A stretch of DNA of 64,000 nt from IMG/VR virus record IMGVR_UViG_3300042197_001183, one strand, 5' to 3'. The DNA is from an uncultured virus (IMG/VR IMGVR_UViG_3300042197_001183) (taxonomy: Duplodnaviria; Heunggongvirae; Uroviricota; Caudoviricetes). Below, piece by piece: positions 1 through 9,854 of the stretch; the first letter of the stretch is position 1, and the number at the start of each line of letters is the position of its first letter. A program made the position numbers and the translations under genes. The notes beneath the pieces were generated by a model, which saw only the letters and a program-made list of their open reading frames with translations, made no database searches and was not told the DNA's origin.

Positions 1-1
1 C

Positions 2-952
2 GGTAGCAAGGGTACTGGTAGAACAGGTAAATTCAATAACCTTTGTGACGCTGAGGGTGTTATGTACTTAAATGTAGATGTTGAAACATACACTAACACT
101 TCAGGTTACACAGAAGCTGACTTCTCAAGTAACGACTTAGCACTTGGTGACATCACTGTTGCATGGAGAGAATACAACTCATTAGAATTTGAAGAAGAAA
201 TCGGTGAAGTTTCTTTCGACCTTGAATCAGTAACAGTTTCTGTAACTGAAAGAAAGTTGAGAGCTAGCTGGTCTCCTGAATTGGCTCAAGACGTATCGGC
301 GTTCCACAACATCGATGCTGAAGCTGAATTAACAGCTTTATTGTCTGAGCAAATCGCAGCGGAAATCGACCGTGAAATTCTTCGTGACATTCGTAAAGGT
401 GCCGCTTGGACCACTAAGTGGGACTACAACGAATGGAAATACGGTGCCACTGGCAACGCTCCTTTCCAAGGTTACACTCAAAAAGACTGGAACCAAACTT
501 TGGTTACCAAGATTAACCAAATCTCGGCTCAAATCCACAAAACTACCTTAAGAGGTGGTGCTAACTGGATTGTTGTGTCTTCTGAGGTATCCGCAGTATT
601 TGACGACTTGGAATATTTCCACGTTTCAAACGCACATCCTGAACAAGACCAATACAACATGGGTATTGAGAAAATTGGTTCATTGGCGGGTCGTTACCAA
701 GTTTACCGTGACCCATACTTACCAGCTGGTAAGATTATAATCGGTCACAAAGGTAAGTCATTGTTGGACGCTGGTTACATTTACGCACCATACGTTCCAC
801 TACAATTGACACCTACAATGTACAACCCATTCAACTTTACACCAATCAAGGGTATCATGACAAGATACGCTAAGAAAATGGTTAACAACCGTTACTTTGG
901 TGTGATTAACGTTAATGGATTGGCAACGTTTAGTCTTGACACCTTAAGATAA
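2..952 (+). CDS. gp23: Major capsid protein, T4 gp23-like (5' truncated by window edge)
   Basis: Frame is open from position 2. Typical gp23 motifs: RKLRASWSPELAQD, IDAEAELTALLSEQIAAEIDREI, GYIYAPYVPL, KGIMTRY. Confidence 0.95.
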   Translation, partial: GSKGTGRTGKFNNLCDAEGVMYLNVDVETYTNTSGYTEADFSSNDLALGDITVAWREYNSLEFEEEIGEVSFDLESVTVSVTERKLRASWSPELAQDVSAFHNIDAEAELTALLSEQIAAEIDREILRDIRKGAAWTTKWDYNEWKYGATGNAPFQGYTQKDWNQTLVTKINQISAQIHKTTLRGGANWIVVSSEVSAVFDDLEYFHVSNAHPEQDQYNMGIEKIGSLAGRYQVYRDPYLPAGKIIIGHKGKSLLDAGYIYAPYVPLQLTPTMYNPFNFTPIKGIMTRYAKKMVNNRYFGVINVNGLATFSLDTLR

Positions 953-972
953 TTATAAATTATCTTATGTTT

Positions 973-999
973 AAAAGGGGGACAATGTCCCCCTTTTTT
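973..999 (+). terminator. Rho-independent terminator after capsid gene
   Basis: AAAAGGGGGAC-AAT-GTCCCCCTTTTTT: perfect GC-rich stem followed by a U-tract; an A-tract precedes it, so possibly bidirectional. Confidence 0.85.
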
Positions 1000-1016
1000 A
1001 TTGCGTCATTCTTTCG

Positions 1017-1024
1017 TATATTTG
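1017..1024 (+). promoter_or_regulatory. Bacteroidota-type -7 promoter element (TAnnTTTG)
   Basis: TATATTTG 4 nt upstream of the ATG at 1029, just after the terminator; no clear -33 TTTG at canonical spacing. Confidence 0.4.
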
Positions 1025-1028
1025 TAAT

Positions 1029-1217
1029 ATGGAATCTCAAAAAATAAAACCCATAACCTACGAAAAAACAAAAAATGGTTATATTATAGGTATTGATATT
1101 AAAGATGAAAAAAATTTAAGTGAAATTGGTAAATTAATTTATAAAGGTGATACCACTAGATTAAATTATTATTGTGATGATAGAATCCATTTTATATCTA
1201 AAGAAAAATTAAAATGA
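1029..1217 (+). CDS. Hypothetical protein (62 aa)
   Basis: Fills the gap after the terminator and overlaps the dCMP deaminase start by 4 nt. Confidence 0.55.
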   Translation: MESQKIKPITYEKTKNGYIIGIDIKDEKNLSEIGKLIYKGDTTRLNYYCDDRIHFISKEKLK

Positions 1218-1654
1218 ATTGGACGGAATATTTTTTAAACATTGCCGAGACGATTAAATTAAAATCTAAGGACCAATCTACACAGATAGGTGCAGTTATA
1301 GTCGGTGAGGACAATGAGATACTCTCTACGGGTTATAATTCGTTTCCAAGGGGTTCAGACGATTCTAAACAAGAACGTCAGGAAAGACCTGAAAAGTACT
1401 TCTGGTTTGAACACGCGGAACGTAATGCAATTTATAACGCGGCAAGGGTTGGTATACCTCTAAAAGGGTCGTCAATATATCTCACTTCGGGATTACCGTG
1501 TATGGACTGTGCTAGAGGTATAGTAAATAGTGGAATTAGAGTTGTTTACTGTAAACACATATGTACCACAAAAAATAAGGAGAAGTGGGGTGAATCTCAA
1601 AATAAATCCTACCAACTTCTCCTTGAATGTAATATAGATGTAATTTTTTATTAA
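1214..1654 (+). CDS. dCMP deaminase (ComEB family)
   Basis: Zn-deaminase motifs HAE and PCMDC; SKD..TQIGAVIV and STGYNSFPRG. Confidence 0.92.
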   Translation: MNWTEYFLNIAETIKLKSKDQSTQIGAVIVGEDNEILSTGYNSFPRGSDDSKQERQERPEKYFWFEHAERNAIYNAARVGIPLKGSSIYLTSGLPCMDCARGIVNSGIRVVYCKHICTTKNKEKWGESQNKSYQLLLECNIDVIFY

Positions 1655-2560
1655 TTACCAAGTTCTACAAGCCCAATATCTCGCTTTCCATCTTGGTCCA
1701 GGATTATCACAATTGTGTCTGGCTCTAAATGATTTTCTTCTTTCGGGGTTATTCTTCTTAATTTTCATAACTTTACCCTTAGCGGATTTACCCCCAAAAC
1801 CAAAGTTTACTTTAACAACCTTTCCTTTATCGTTTTTAACGTAAACTTTAAATTTCTTTATATCACCTTGCATAATTTTACCAAGTTGTACTTTCCTTCC
1901 TTGGTATTCTGCTTCATTTAAAAGGTCGGTTACTTCATAATTAGTTTCTTCAATTGGTCCGTATTCATTTTCGTAAATGAATGTTACATCTTCATCTGAT
2001 AAATCTAAATCACCATTCAGGTACAATTCTTTACATTCTTCTAACAATTGAAAAAAACTATCTGTACCCAATTTGTATACATTTTCTAATAACGGTTTTT
2101 TTGAAATTATGTGATATTCTAAAGCGTTTGAGATTTCCACCTTTTCGGTTACCAATTTTGGATATTGAATTGCCTCCTGTATCAAGGATAAATCTAATTT
2201 AATTTTGTTTTCCATATTTTCATCGAATCTTGTCATTGTTGGTTTATTACCTTTACCAACTTTAGGTTCTTTTTTTTCTGCTCTTCTTTTTTGAGAGGTC
2301 ATGGCTTTTTTTTCTTTCTTACTATAAGAACCCGCGGTTTTGGGGGTTTCCTTTGATACCTTTTTTGATGGTCTACATTTTGGATATGATTTACCATCTG
2401 CATCTTTTCTACCACAAGGTGGATGTTTACCATCTACTTTTTTACTTACATCGACCCATTTTTCTTTGAACCATCTTCTAAGGTCTTCTTTTAAAACCTC
2501 ACCACTATCAAGACATTCTTGAATGTATTTCTTATCTTCTTCGTTAACAATAATCTTCAT
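1655..2560 (-). CDS. Conserved large-virus hypothetical protein with two basic domains; putative head-internal protein
   Basis: N-terminal LRRWFKEKWVDV..PCGR..YPKCRP module and C-terminal KKFKVYV..VKVNFG..RRKSFRARHNC..ARYWAC module; several (L/I)xE sites; TATTTAT motif upstream. Confidence 0.7.
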   Translation of the reverse strand: MKIIVNEEDKKYIQECLDSGEVLKEDLRRWFKEKWVDVSKKVDGKHPPCGRKDADGKSYPKCRPSKKVSKETPKTAGSYSKKEKKAMTSQKRRAEKKEPKVGKGNKPTMTRFDENMENKIKLDLSLIQEAIQYPKLVTEKVEISNALEYHIISKKPLLENVYKLGTDSFFQLLEECKELYLNGDLDLSDEDVTFIYENEYGPIEETNYEVTDLLNEAEYQGRKVQLGKIMQGDIKKFKVYVKNDKGKVVKVNFGFGGKSAKGKVMKIKKNNPERRKSFRARHNCDNPGPRWKARYWACRTW

Positions 2561-2561
2561 A

Positions 2562-3047
2562 CTAATAAATATTTGGTTTTATGTGTTTTATAAACTCTAC
2601 CCACACATCTTGTTCATTCTCATTTCTACCAATATTTGCACTGTAACAACTTAATACAACATTTCCCTTAACATAACCTAATTTATTGTTTAATCTATCT
2701 AAGGATGGTTGTTGGGGGTGTTTTTTAATTGATGACGGGATTAGGTCGACACCAAACCAATAACATTTACCCTGTTGTTTTTCAAATAGATAATTTATAT
2801 GTTCAATGTCGATGTCAATTTCGTAACCCCTATGTTTACAATCATGTATTAATGTGTTCTGCCACAATCGAATTCGTCTCTCTTTTTGTTTATTTTTTTC
2901 GATGATTCGATAATCTTCAGATTGTCTTTTTTCTTTTTTGTAATTTCTTGTTATTTCTAAATGACAAAGTTTACATGTTGATGACCTATTTGGTCTATAG
3001 AAATCTTTATCATCTTTTAAAATATTACATTTATTACATTTTTTCAT
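2562..3047 (-). CDS. HNH-like (His-Me finger) endonuclease, probable free-standing homing endonuclease
   Basis: N-terminal CxxC..FY..CxxC zinc ribbon; C-terminal CYW..SLDRLNNKLGYVKGNVVLSC..AN core. Confidence 0.75.
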   Translation of the reverse strand: MKKCNKCNILKDDKDFYRPNRSSTCKLCHLEITRNYKKEKRQSEDYRIIEKNKQKERRIRLWQNTLIHDCKHRGYEIDIDIEHINYLFEKQQGKCYWFGVDLIPSSIKKHPQQPSLDRLNNKLGYVKGNVVLSCYSANIGRNENEQDVWVEFIKHIKPNIY

Positions 3048-3115
3048 AACATATGTTTATCCATATATAAATATTCGGATAAACATTAAAAGAAAAAAAT
3101 AAGGATTAAAAATCC

Positions 3116-3586
3116 CTATTTAACTTTTCTCCATTTACCACCTTTTTGTTTGTATCTTTTTGCCGCCGCACCATTACAATATGCACTTGGACAAACATCA
3201 TATCTTGCTCTAGCCCAAGACAAAGCAGCCGCCCATAACTTAGGATTGGTTGGTTTATTTTTTCCTTCATCAATAGAAGTTTCTTCATTCATACTAAATT
3301 GACTAAGGTCTGCTTTTACTTTACTTGAAGGTTCAATTTGATTTTTTAAAAAATCAAAAACTTGGTCTAACAAACTCTTGGCTTCAGATATATGGTCTTG
3401 AGCCCAGTCATGATTTTTCATTATTGAATCAATTGTATTTTCATTATATTTCATTAACATATTACATTGTCTTTCCATTTGCTTGATATTATCAAAAAAC
3501 ATGTAATTTTCGGGTCTATCTTCTAATTCCGGTTGTTCAGAAATAACTCTTAAGTGTTTTCTTATTATATTATCTAAATTTTTCAT
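3116..3586 (-). CDS. Hypothetical protein, putative head-internal protein
   Basis: C-terminal PTNPKLW..PSAYCNG..YKQKGGKW module; ISEQ/IDEG motifs; TATTTAT 5 nt upstream. Confidence 0.7.
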   Translation of the reverse strand: MKNLDNIIRKHLRVISEQPELEDRPENYMFFDNIKQMERQCNMLMKYNENTIDSIMKNHDWAQDHISEAKSLLDQVFDFLKNQIEPSSKVKADLSQFSMNEETSIDEGKNKPTNPKLWAAALSWARARYDVCPSAYCNGAAAKRYKQKGGKWRKVK

Positions 3587-3600
3587 ATATTATAAATATT

Positions 3601-4974
3601 TTATCTTTCTGACAAGATTTCAAACTTGACATAATTATTGTAGAAAATCTCTTCTGTATATGTTTTGGATTTAAATTCCATGTAATATTCTCTCGGAATT
3701 AGATATGAGGTATCTAAATAGAAAGAGTTTTCGTTTGTAACGTCTGTTTTTGTCCAATCAAAAATAATTACATTTGTTTTCCCTTCTTTTATGAAAATTC
3801 TATAATACACGTCATCAAACAAAATTGTTTTTTGCTGTTCAATTGATTTTAATTCAATTAAAATCTTTTTTAATTCTCCTCTAATTATTTTTTCATTTTG
3901 TTTAATACCTGAAAATTGTATTATGTAATTTTGAGTTTCTCTTGGATTTTCACCAAAACTATATCCCGATGAAAAAGGTTTTGGTACGAATTTTTGAGTA
4001 ACATCACTAATCGACGTTCCGTCAATTGATAAATTTTTCCATTTGTCATAATAAAATCTTTTACCATCACAAAGTTGACCTAATAAACCAAAACTTACTT
4101 TGTAGACACCCTTTCTGATTTTTGTTGTTGTTAAACCTGTTACACCAGTGATTGGTGTTAAACTTGAATTTAATATATCGACAGTTGGTGTATTATCTAA
4201 ATCATAAAAATTTGTTCCTTTTGTTACATAAAGGTAAAGGTTATTTATTTTATCACCAATAAAATTTTGTCTATTATCAAATACTCTATCTTCAAATACT
4301 GTTTCTACAAAAGGTTCAAAAAAAGTTTGGGTGTATTTTGAAAAAAAAGAAACCGATTGTTCGGTAGAACCCGTAACATCTTCGTATTCGTCATCAAATT
4401 TTATTCCTAAACCATAGTTAGTGTTACCTGAAACAACAATACCATTTACATAACTTGTAATATCTAAACTAATATTTTCATTACCATTATCAAAATGTAT
4501 GGTGTCGATTATGGTTGCACCAGTAGAATAGATTCCTTGAGTTGTCCAACCACTAAGGGTTGTTTTATTAAACCAATTGGATGGTCTTGTATCGTATATT
4601 TTATCACCAAAATCGTCTGTATAATCGGCAAATTCGTAATCAAACCCAACACCCTCGTCCCATGATTCATTTAATTTAAAAACAACTAAATCAAAAGAAG
4701 TTGCTCTTTCTCTTCCATTTGACTTATCGTCTCCTATTAACTTAGGGTCACCAATAACAGTGTTTGTCATTTTAAGATAATGTTTGGTGTTATTATCTAT
4801 AACCAAATCACCACTATTAACTTTGGATGTTAGTCCACTAAGATTAATAGTAAAAATAAATCTAGAAAAACCTTCACCATAATAGATTTCGGTAGTTGGA
4901 TTTTTGGCGGTGTTAACCTCACTATTTTTAATTATAGTGTTATTTTTTGAAAAATACGAACGATAATATGACAT
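3601..4974 (-). CDS. Putative virion structural protein (DNRLRE-like beta-sandwich plus Ig-like domains)
   Basis: SRFIF..SWDEGVG..W..DITSYV..NYGLGIK..FFS pattern; beta-rich; late motif upstream. Confidence 0.6.
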   Translation of the reverse strand: MSYYRSYFSKNNTIIKNSEVNTAKNPTTEIYYGEGFSRFIFTINLSGLTSKVNSGDLVIDNNTKHYLKMTNTVIGDPKLIGDDKSNGRERATSFDLVVFKLNESWDEGVGFDYEFADYTDDFGDKIYDTRPSNWFNKTTLSGWTTQGIYSTGATIIDTIHFDNGNENISLDITSYVNGIVVSGNTNYGLGIKFDDEYEDVTGSTEQSVSFFSKYTQTFFEPFVETVFEDRVFDNRQNFIGDKINNLYLYVTKGTNFYDLDNTPTVDILNSSLTPITGVTGLTTTKIRKGVYKVSFGLLGQLCDGKRFYYDKWKNLSIDGTSISDVTQKFVPKPFSSGYSFGENPRETQNYIIQFSGIKQNEKIIRGELKKILIELKSIEQQKTILFDDVYYRIFIKEGKTNVIIFDWTKTDVTNENSFYLDTSYLIPREYYMEFKSKTYTEEIFYNNYVKFEILSER

Positions 4975-4999
4975 TAGTTTTTATATAATAAATATCAAT

Positions 5000-6583
5000 T
5001 TAGTTGATTTTAATCGAAGTATTTATCAACTCTTGTCTTAATCTATTATATAACCTTTCCATTTCAATATGTGCACCATAATCGGATTTGGCGTATGGTT
5101 TGTTAATATTATGTACGTGAGTTGTTAACACGTTATACACCGCGTCTATAAAACTCAATAATATTTCACCTCTAACTAAAGAATATGTGTTTGGGTCGAT
5201 TTTTTGAATATAATCATCTTGATTGTATTCGTAACTATTTAAATCAGGAAAATCGATTGGTTTGTCTGTAAAATTAGTATCCGTTGATAAGATGTATATC
5301 TTATCTGCAGTTATGTTTCCAAATGTTTGTTCTTTTACTTTAGGGTCAATTTTTAAAACTTTTACTGATTTTGAGATTGTGTTTTGAGGTGGATTAATTG
5401 TGTTTCTATCAAAAACAATACTAGAACCGGCAGAGGTTTTTGATGTTAATTGAATTTTGGATAGAATATTTTTTCTATTGGCAAATTCGGTGGAGGTTGT
5501 TATTCTATTTTTAAATTCAGATGTTGGTCTAAAGAAAAACGGATGAATTTCCAAATACTGAACGGATTGTGTTCCATCATTTAGTGTTGTTAAATTTGTT
5601 AATATTTTAAATGGTACAATACCATTAAAACCATTTTGATGGATTTCATTTAATTTATTTCTAATTGAATAGATAACTTCGTTTAATTTACTATTCAATG
5701 TTAAACTACTAAAACCATCAATTGTTGCATTTAAGTCAATTTGAAAAGTAAACGTGTTTCCTGATTCAGATAGTAATATTGTTTCGTTTTGTAATATTTC
5801 AGTAAATTCCGTAAAATTATTTGAGTCATATTTTGGAATATAAAAATTTGGTTTAACTTGATAAATGTAGAAATTACATATGGCGGGATTGGTTAAACTA
5901 TCTAAATCATATTCAATAATAAATTTTATTATTTTATTTTCTATTATGGTTTCTTCTTTTGTTTCTTCTGATAAAAATTTTTTATCGGGAAATTTTTTTA
6001 AATGTAATTTTGCTGATTTTCTTGAAACAATTGGGAAACCTTTTGAAATTAATGTTTTTTCGGAGGTAGTTGCTTTTATTTTTGAAATAAGTTTACCCGC
6101 TCTTAAAACTAAACCACCTGTGGTGAATACGATATCGTCTCCATATTTACCTGATACGGAATAATCCTCATGTTTTGGTATTGCATTTTTTGAATTTTCA
6201 GGTAACTCGCCTGTTTCATTTTTTATAATATCTGATTTTGGTTCAACAGATACACCATATGAGGTATCGGCAATTTGTTCATTAAAAGTCTGTGAGTTGA
6301 AATCGAATCTTGTTGTAAATGGACCAGCAATATATTCTTGGTTTACTGTTGTTTTTTCAGTATCATATCTTATTATTTTTACTGTTTGTTTAATTTCTGG
6401 TATGAAATTAATATTATTTGGTAAAAAAGGTATGGCCAAAAATGGGTCATCTTTACTCCATTCTTTGTATTCTTTAACATTTGACTTACCACCCACATAA
6501 TCATCATAATCAATAACACGTATCCTACCCAAACCTTTTGGGTCGTTATTATCGATACATACACCTAAATCAACAATTTTCAT
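5000..6583 (-). CDS. Baseplate hub/central spike protein, gp5/VgrG-like
   Basis: N-terminal OB-fold motif GVCIDNNDPKGLGRIRV..PFLP..PEIKQTV; C-terminal HVH spike-tip motif; no lysozyme domain seen. Confidence 0.75.
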   Translation of the reverse strand: MKIVDLGVCIDNNDPKGLGRIRVIDYDDYVGGKSNVKEYKEWSKDDPFLAIPFLPNNINFIPEIKQTVKIIRYDTEKTTVNQEYIAGPFTTRFDFNSQTFNEQIADTSYGVSVEPKSDIIKNETGELPENSKNAIPKHEDYSVSGKYGDDIVFTTGGLVLRAGKLISKIKATTSEKTLISKGFPIVSRKSAKLHLKKFPDKKFLSEETKEETIIENKIIKFIIEYDLDSLTNPAICNFYIYQVKPNFYIPKYDSNNFTEFTEILQNETILLSESGNTFTFQIDLNATIDGFSSLTLNSKLNEVIYSIRNKLNEIHQNGFNGIVPFKILTNLTTLNDGTQSVQYLEIHPFFFRPTSEFKNRITTSTEFANRKNILSKIQLTSKTSAGSSIVFDRNTINPPQNTISKSVKVLKIDPKVKEQTFGNITADKIYILSTDTNFTDKPIDFPDLNSYEYNQDDYIQKIDPNTYSLVRGEILLSFIDAVYNVLTTHVHNINKPYAKSDYGAHIEMERLYNRLRQELINTSIKIN

Positions 6584-6798
6584 TTGGTTTTTCTATTTTC
6601 TATCTCTTCCAAAACTTTAGAATGTAAATTTTCTATTGTTTCTAATTTATGTGTCATAGTGACAATATAGTTTTTTAATTCTTCGTGTTGTTTAAATAAA
6701 AAATCTTCTACCTCAAATAAATCTTTGTTTGATTTATCTTTAATATTTTCAATTACATTAACAAATTTATCTTTTTCCATTTTAGAATTTTTTTCCAA
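6580..6798 (-). CDS. Hypothetical coiled-coil protein
   Basis: Coupled to both neighbours; the start may be the second ATG (6780). Confidence 0.6.
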   Translation of the reverse strand: MEKNSKMEKDKFVNVIENIKDKSNKDLFEVEDFLFKQHEELKNYIVTMTHKLETIENLHSKVLEEIENRKTK

Positions 6799-8755
6799 CT
6801 CCCGATATTAATCCAGGTGGAATAATAGCTCCGCCAGCTAATGGGGGGCCGGGTAATGTTCCACCTTGTAAAACAATTTTAACAAATGAATTGGCGTCTT
6901 CTTCTTCTGTATGACCATCAATAATTGATTTAACTAAATTACCAATATCATTAGATTCCCCAAATAATGGGCCGGTAGGTATTCCCGAGGCCTCTAATCT
7001 ATTCATTATATTCATAAATGCTCTATCTTGACTATAACCCGGTAATCTATCTGAAAAAAGTAATAGTAGTGATGGTACCGAAACACTAAGTCTTTGAGAT
7101 AGTGCACCCTCGATTGTTGTTAATATTGTTTGAAAAATTGCATAACAATTATCAATTCCATCTTCTAAAATCTTTTTTAGAAGAGCAATTAATGAAGTTA
7201 TTATTAATAGGTACCTTTTATATTTATTTTTTAAAATTCTTTGTACTACTTCATTTACAAAAGCCAACAAATCAATTTTAATGAGTCTCCAAAATTCTCT
7301 AATAAATAACCAAAATAAATCGGAAACAATTTTTTTAACCGCACTTTTAAATTTTTTAATTAGTTCTTTAGCATTTAAATAAACATTTATCGCCATTGTT
7401 TTAAATATTTTATATAAAACGATTAAAGGTAAAAATATCTTCGCGGATAAGACAGACATTACCAACATTCTAGGAATATACAATATAAAATTATTTAAAA
7501 GTAAATCTAAAAGAACATCAATCGATAGTGAACCACCAGATTGTTCAGACGCATCTCTTGCAACGTTTTCTAAGACTTGATTTACACTATCCTGCACATT
7601 CTTACCTCTTGATAAAAAAATAAAATCTTCAATGTGCATGTCACTTACGGGTATTTCATAATCATCACAACTTTTAAACTTTAATACACCTCTATTTCTT
7701 GAATCTTCATCGTCTAAATCTATACCCTCTACACTATCAAAATCAAAATAAAACTCTAAATCTTCGTCATTTTCGTCAAACATATCAACTGGTGTTTGGT
7801 TTTTTAAAAGGTCTCGATTTGTTCCGCCACAAATTTTTAATAATTTATCAATTAACCTTAACGAATCGTTGAGTGATTTTGTAAATTTTGTAGATTGACT
7901 ACAACTAGCTCCACCATTTATTGTTAATAATATACATTGTTTTACAATATCATTAATATCGGGAAATTCTAAAGAGTTGTAATAATCAGTGATAAAATCC
8001 TGTACATTTATGACACCGGGAGTTCCCCTCGTGAATCCGCTAAATATGAATTTTTGTGTTCCAGCATTCCAAGATGCCGTAAATAAATCATTTCCATTAT
8101 TGGATGTGTATGTATGTGTTCCACCATTGGCCATTAAATCATAAAGATTTCTGTTAAGTTTTTCTTTGTTTTTATCAGGTGTTTTTGATTCATATACCAA
8201 TTTACCACATGTTGAATCGGGGTCTAATGTAAAAATATTTAAAAAATCAAATTCGTCGGGACTAAGTTGAATTGAATCGACATTAAATACTGATTTTGAA
8301 CCACATATCCCATCCCCCATAAATAAGGCCTCTGAGAGTCTATTAATTGCTATTTCTTTAGCTTGACCTAATGTCACATTGGCTGCAGATAATGAATGTC
8401 TTTTAATTTTACTTTTAGATGGGTTTTTATCTATATTGATATCAATACCTCTTCTGTTTGGATTACTAAAAGAAATATTATTTAATTTATCATTAACAGT
8501 TTTTTTATTTGTTGTGATAAATTGGTCAACAACTTCAATTAACTCCTTAAACGTATCTTTTTTATTGTCAATTTTACGTTTTTTCTTATCAAAGAGAGAA
8601 TTTAATTGTTCACCTAAAAATTCATTGGGGTCAGGTATATTTTTTTGAAAAAGGTCACCAACGTTCTCGATTTTTTTTGCGGAATCGTCAATTATCTTTT
8701 TTACAGACTCAATTTTAGCCTGTAATTTTTTTTTGGTTTGTGTAGCTTTACTCAT
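6782..8755 (-). CDS. Hypothetical protein (657 aa), probably virion-associated
   Basis: Long ORF in the gp5-like operon with hydrophobic helices in the C-terminal half. Confidence 0.75.
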   Translation of the reverse strand: MSKATQTKKKLQAKIESVKKIIDDSAKKIENVGDLFQKNIPDPNEFLGEQLNSLFDKKKRKIDNKKDTFKELIEVVDQFITTNKKTVNDKLNNISFSNPNRRGIDINIDKNPSKSKIKRHSLSAANVTLGQAKEIAINRLSEALFMGDGICGSKSVFNVDSIQLSPDEFDFLNIFTLDPDSTCGKLVYESKTPDKNKEKLNRNLYDLMANGGTHTYTSNNGNDLFTASWNAGTQKFIFSGFTRGTPGVINVQDFITDYYNSLEFPDINDIVKQCILLTINGGASCSQSTKFTKSLNDSLRLIDKLLKICGGTNRDLLKNQTPVDMFDENDEDLEFYFDFDSVEGIDLDDEDSRNRGVLKFKSCDDYEIPVSDMHIEDFIFLSRGKNVQDSVNQVLENVARDASEQSGGSLSIDVLLDLLLNNFILYIPRMLVMSVLSAKIFLPLIVLYKIFKTMAINVYLNAKELIKKFKSAVKKIVSDLFWLFIREFWRLIKIDLLAFVNEVVQRILKNKYKRYLLIITSLIALLKKILEDGIDNCYAIFQTILTTIEGALSQRLSVSVPSLLLLFSDRLPGYSQDRAFMNIMNRLEASGIPTGPLFGESNDIGNLVKSIIDGHTEEEDANSFVKIVLQGGTLPGPPLAGGAIIPPGLISGVGKKF

Positions 8756-9132
8756 TAGACTTTATAAGTGGCATCCTTAGATTCTGAATCTTCGTCATTC
8801 ATCAATTGCTCTAAGATTACCCTATCTTCTTCTGTTAATTGAAGTTTACTACCTGAATTAACAGAATTAGGTCCATAAGTTTGTTTTAATAATGCATTTT
8901 GTAATTTAACTAATGATATCTTTTTTTCAGTACAATCATTTAATATTTTTTGTTGTTCTTTAATCACTGGACCAATTATACTCATATCTTCTGAATCTTT
9001 CATAAATGTTAACATTTTTTTTGTTATCATAGATGCGGTCATTTTTTGTTCCATAATATCATTATAAATTTCTTGCATTAACACAAGAGCAGAATCGGTA
9101 TCTAAGGATATGATATTTTTATTACGTTTCAT
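8755..9132 (-). CDS. Hypothetical protein (125 aa)
   Basis: Helical ORF, coupled to the next gene; TATTTAT 4 nt upstream. Confidence 0.7.
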   Translation of the reverse strand: MKRNKNIISLDTDSALVLMQEIYNDIMEQKMTASMITKKMLTFMKDSEDMSIIGPVIKEQQKILNDCTEKKISLVKLQNALLKQTYGPNSVNSGSKLQLTEEDRVILEQLMNDEDSESKDATYKV

Positions 9133-9153
9133 ATATATAAATAGTTGTAAAAA

Positions 9154-9852
9154 TTAATTTATGAATGTAAAGACAACATCGATATACATTTTTTTATATC
9201 TTTTTAATGATGTTCTTATTTCTTTTGTTGATAATGAGGTCATTTCTCTTAGAGAAAGAAGAATTAAATTTTTATTGAATTTATTACCATTACCAATTTG
9301 AAAAATTTTATCAAAATTGCTAAAAATTTCAATTAAAGCATAACCTAATTTTTGTTCGTTTTCGGTCATTTCTTCATTTTCAATAAATGTTTCCAAATCA
9401 TTAACAAATTTAATAATCACATCTTGATAATCAATTTCTGTTTCGTCCATGACATATGAATATTCAGGATTTTCTTCTAATTCCGCTGAAACATCTTCAT
9501 AAGAAATTGTTCGATTAGTTTCTTTTGTGTCTTTTTGTATGCTACCCATAAGGTAGTTTTTACAAATAGTACCAAAATAAGAATATGCCTTATGGTTTTT
9601 AGTGTGGTCAAATTTATTAATTTTTGTAATAAGAAAAGACATGGTATCTGAATGTATATCTTCAAATTCCAAATCTTTTCTATATAATTTGTAACGTCGA
9701 ATAATTGATTCAACCATTACATCGAGAGGTTCTTTTAAATATTCATTGAATATCTTGTTCTTTTCATTTTCGGAGTCAGATTCTAAATATCTTATTACCG
9801 CTTGTTCTTGTTCCTCCCCAAAATATATTTTTTGGGTTCTTTTACGAGGCAT
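9154..9852 (-). CDS. Phage sigma factor for late transcription, gp55-like
   Basis: Sigma region-2-like segment EDIHSDTMSFLITKINKFDHTKNHKAYSYFGTICKNYL resembling T4 gp55; C-terminal HTH-like segment. Confidence 0.75.
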   Translation of the reverse strand: MPRKRTQKIYFGEEQEQAVIRYLESDSENEKNKIFNEYLKEPLDVMVESIIRRYKLYRKDLEFEDIHSDTMSFLITKINKFDHTKNHKAYSYFGTICKNYLMGSIQKDTKETNRTISYEDVSAELEENPEYSYVMDETEIDYQDVIIKFVNDLETFIENEEMTENEQKLGYALIEIFSNFDKIFQIGNGNKFNKNLILLSLREMTSLSTKEIRTSLKRYKKMYIDVVFTFIN

Positions 9853-9854
9853 TT

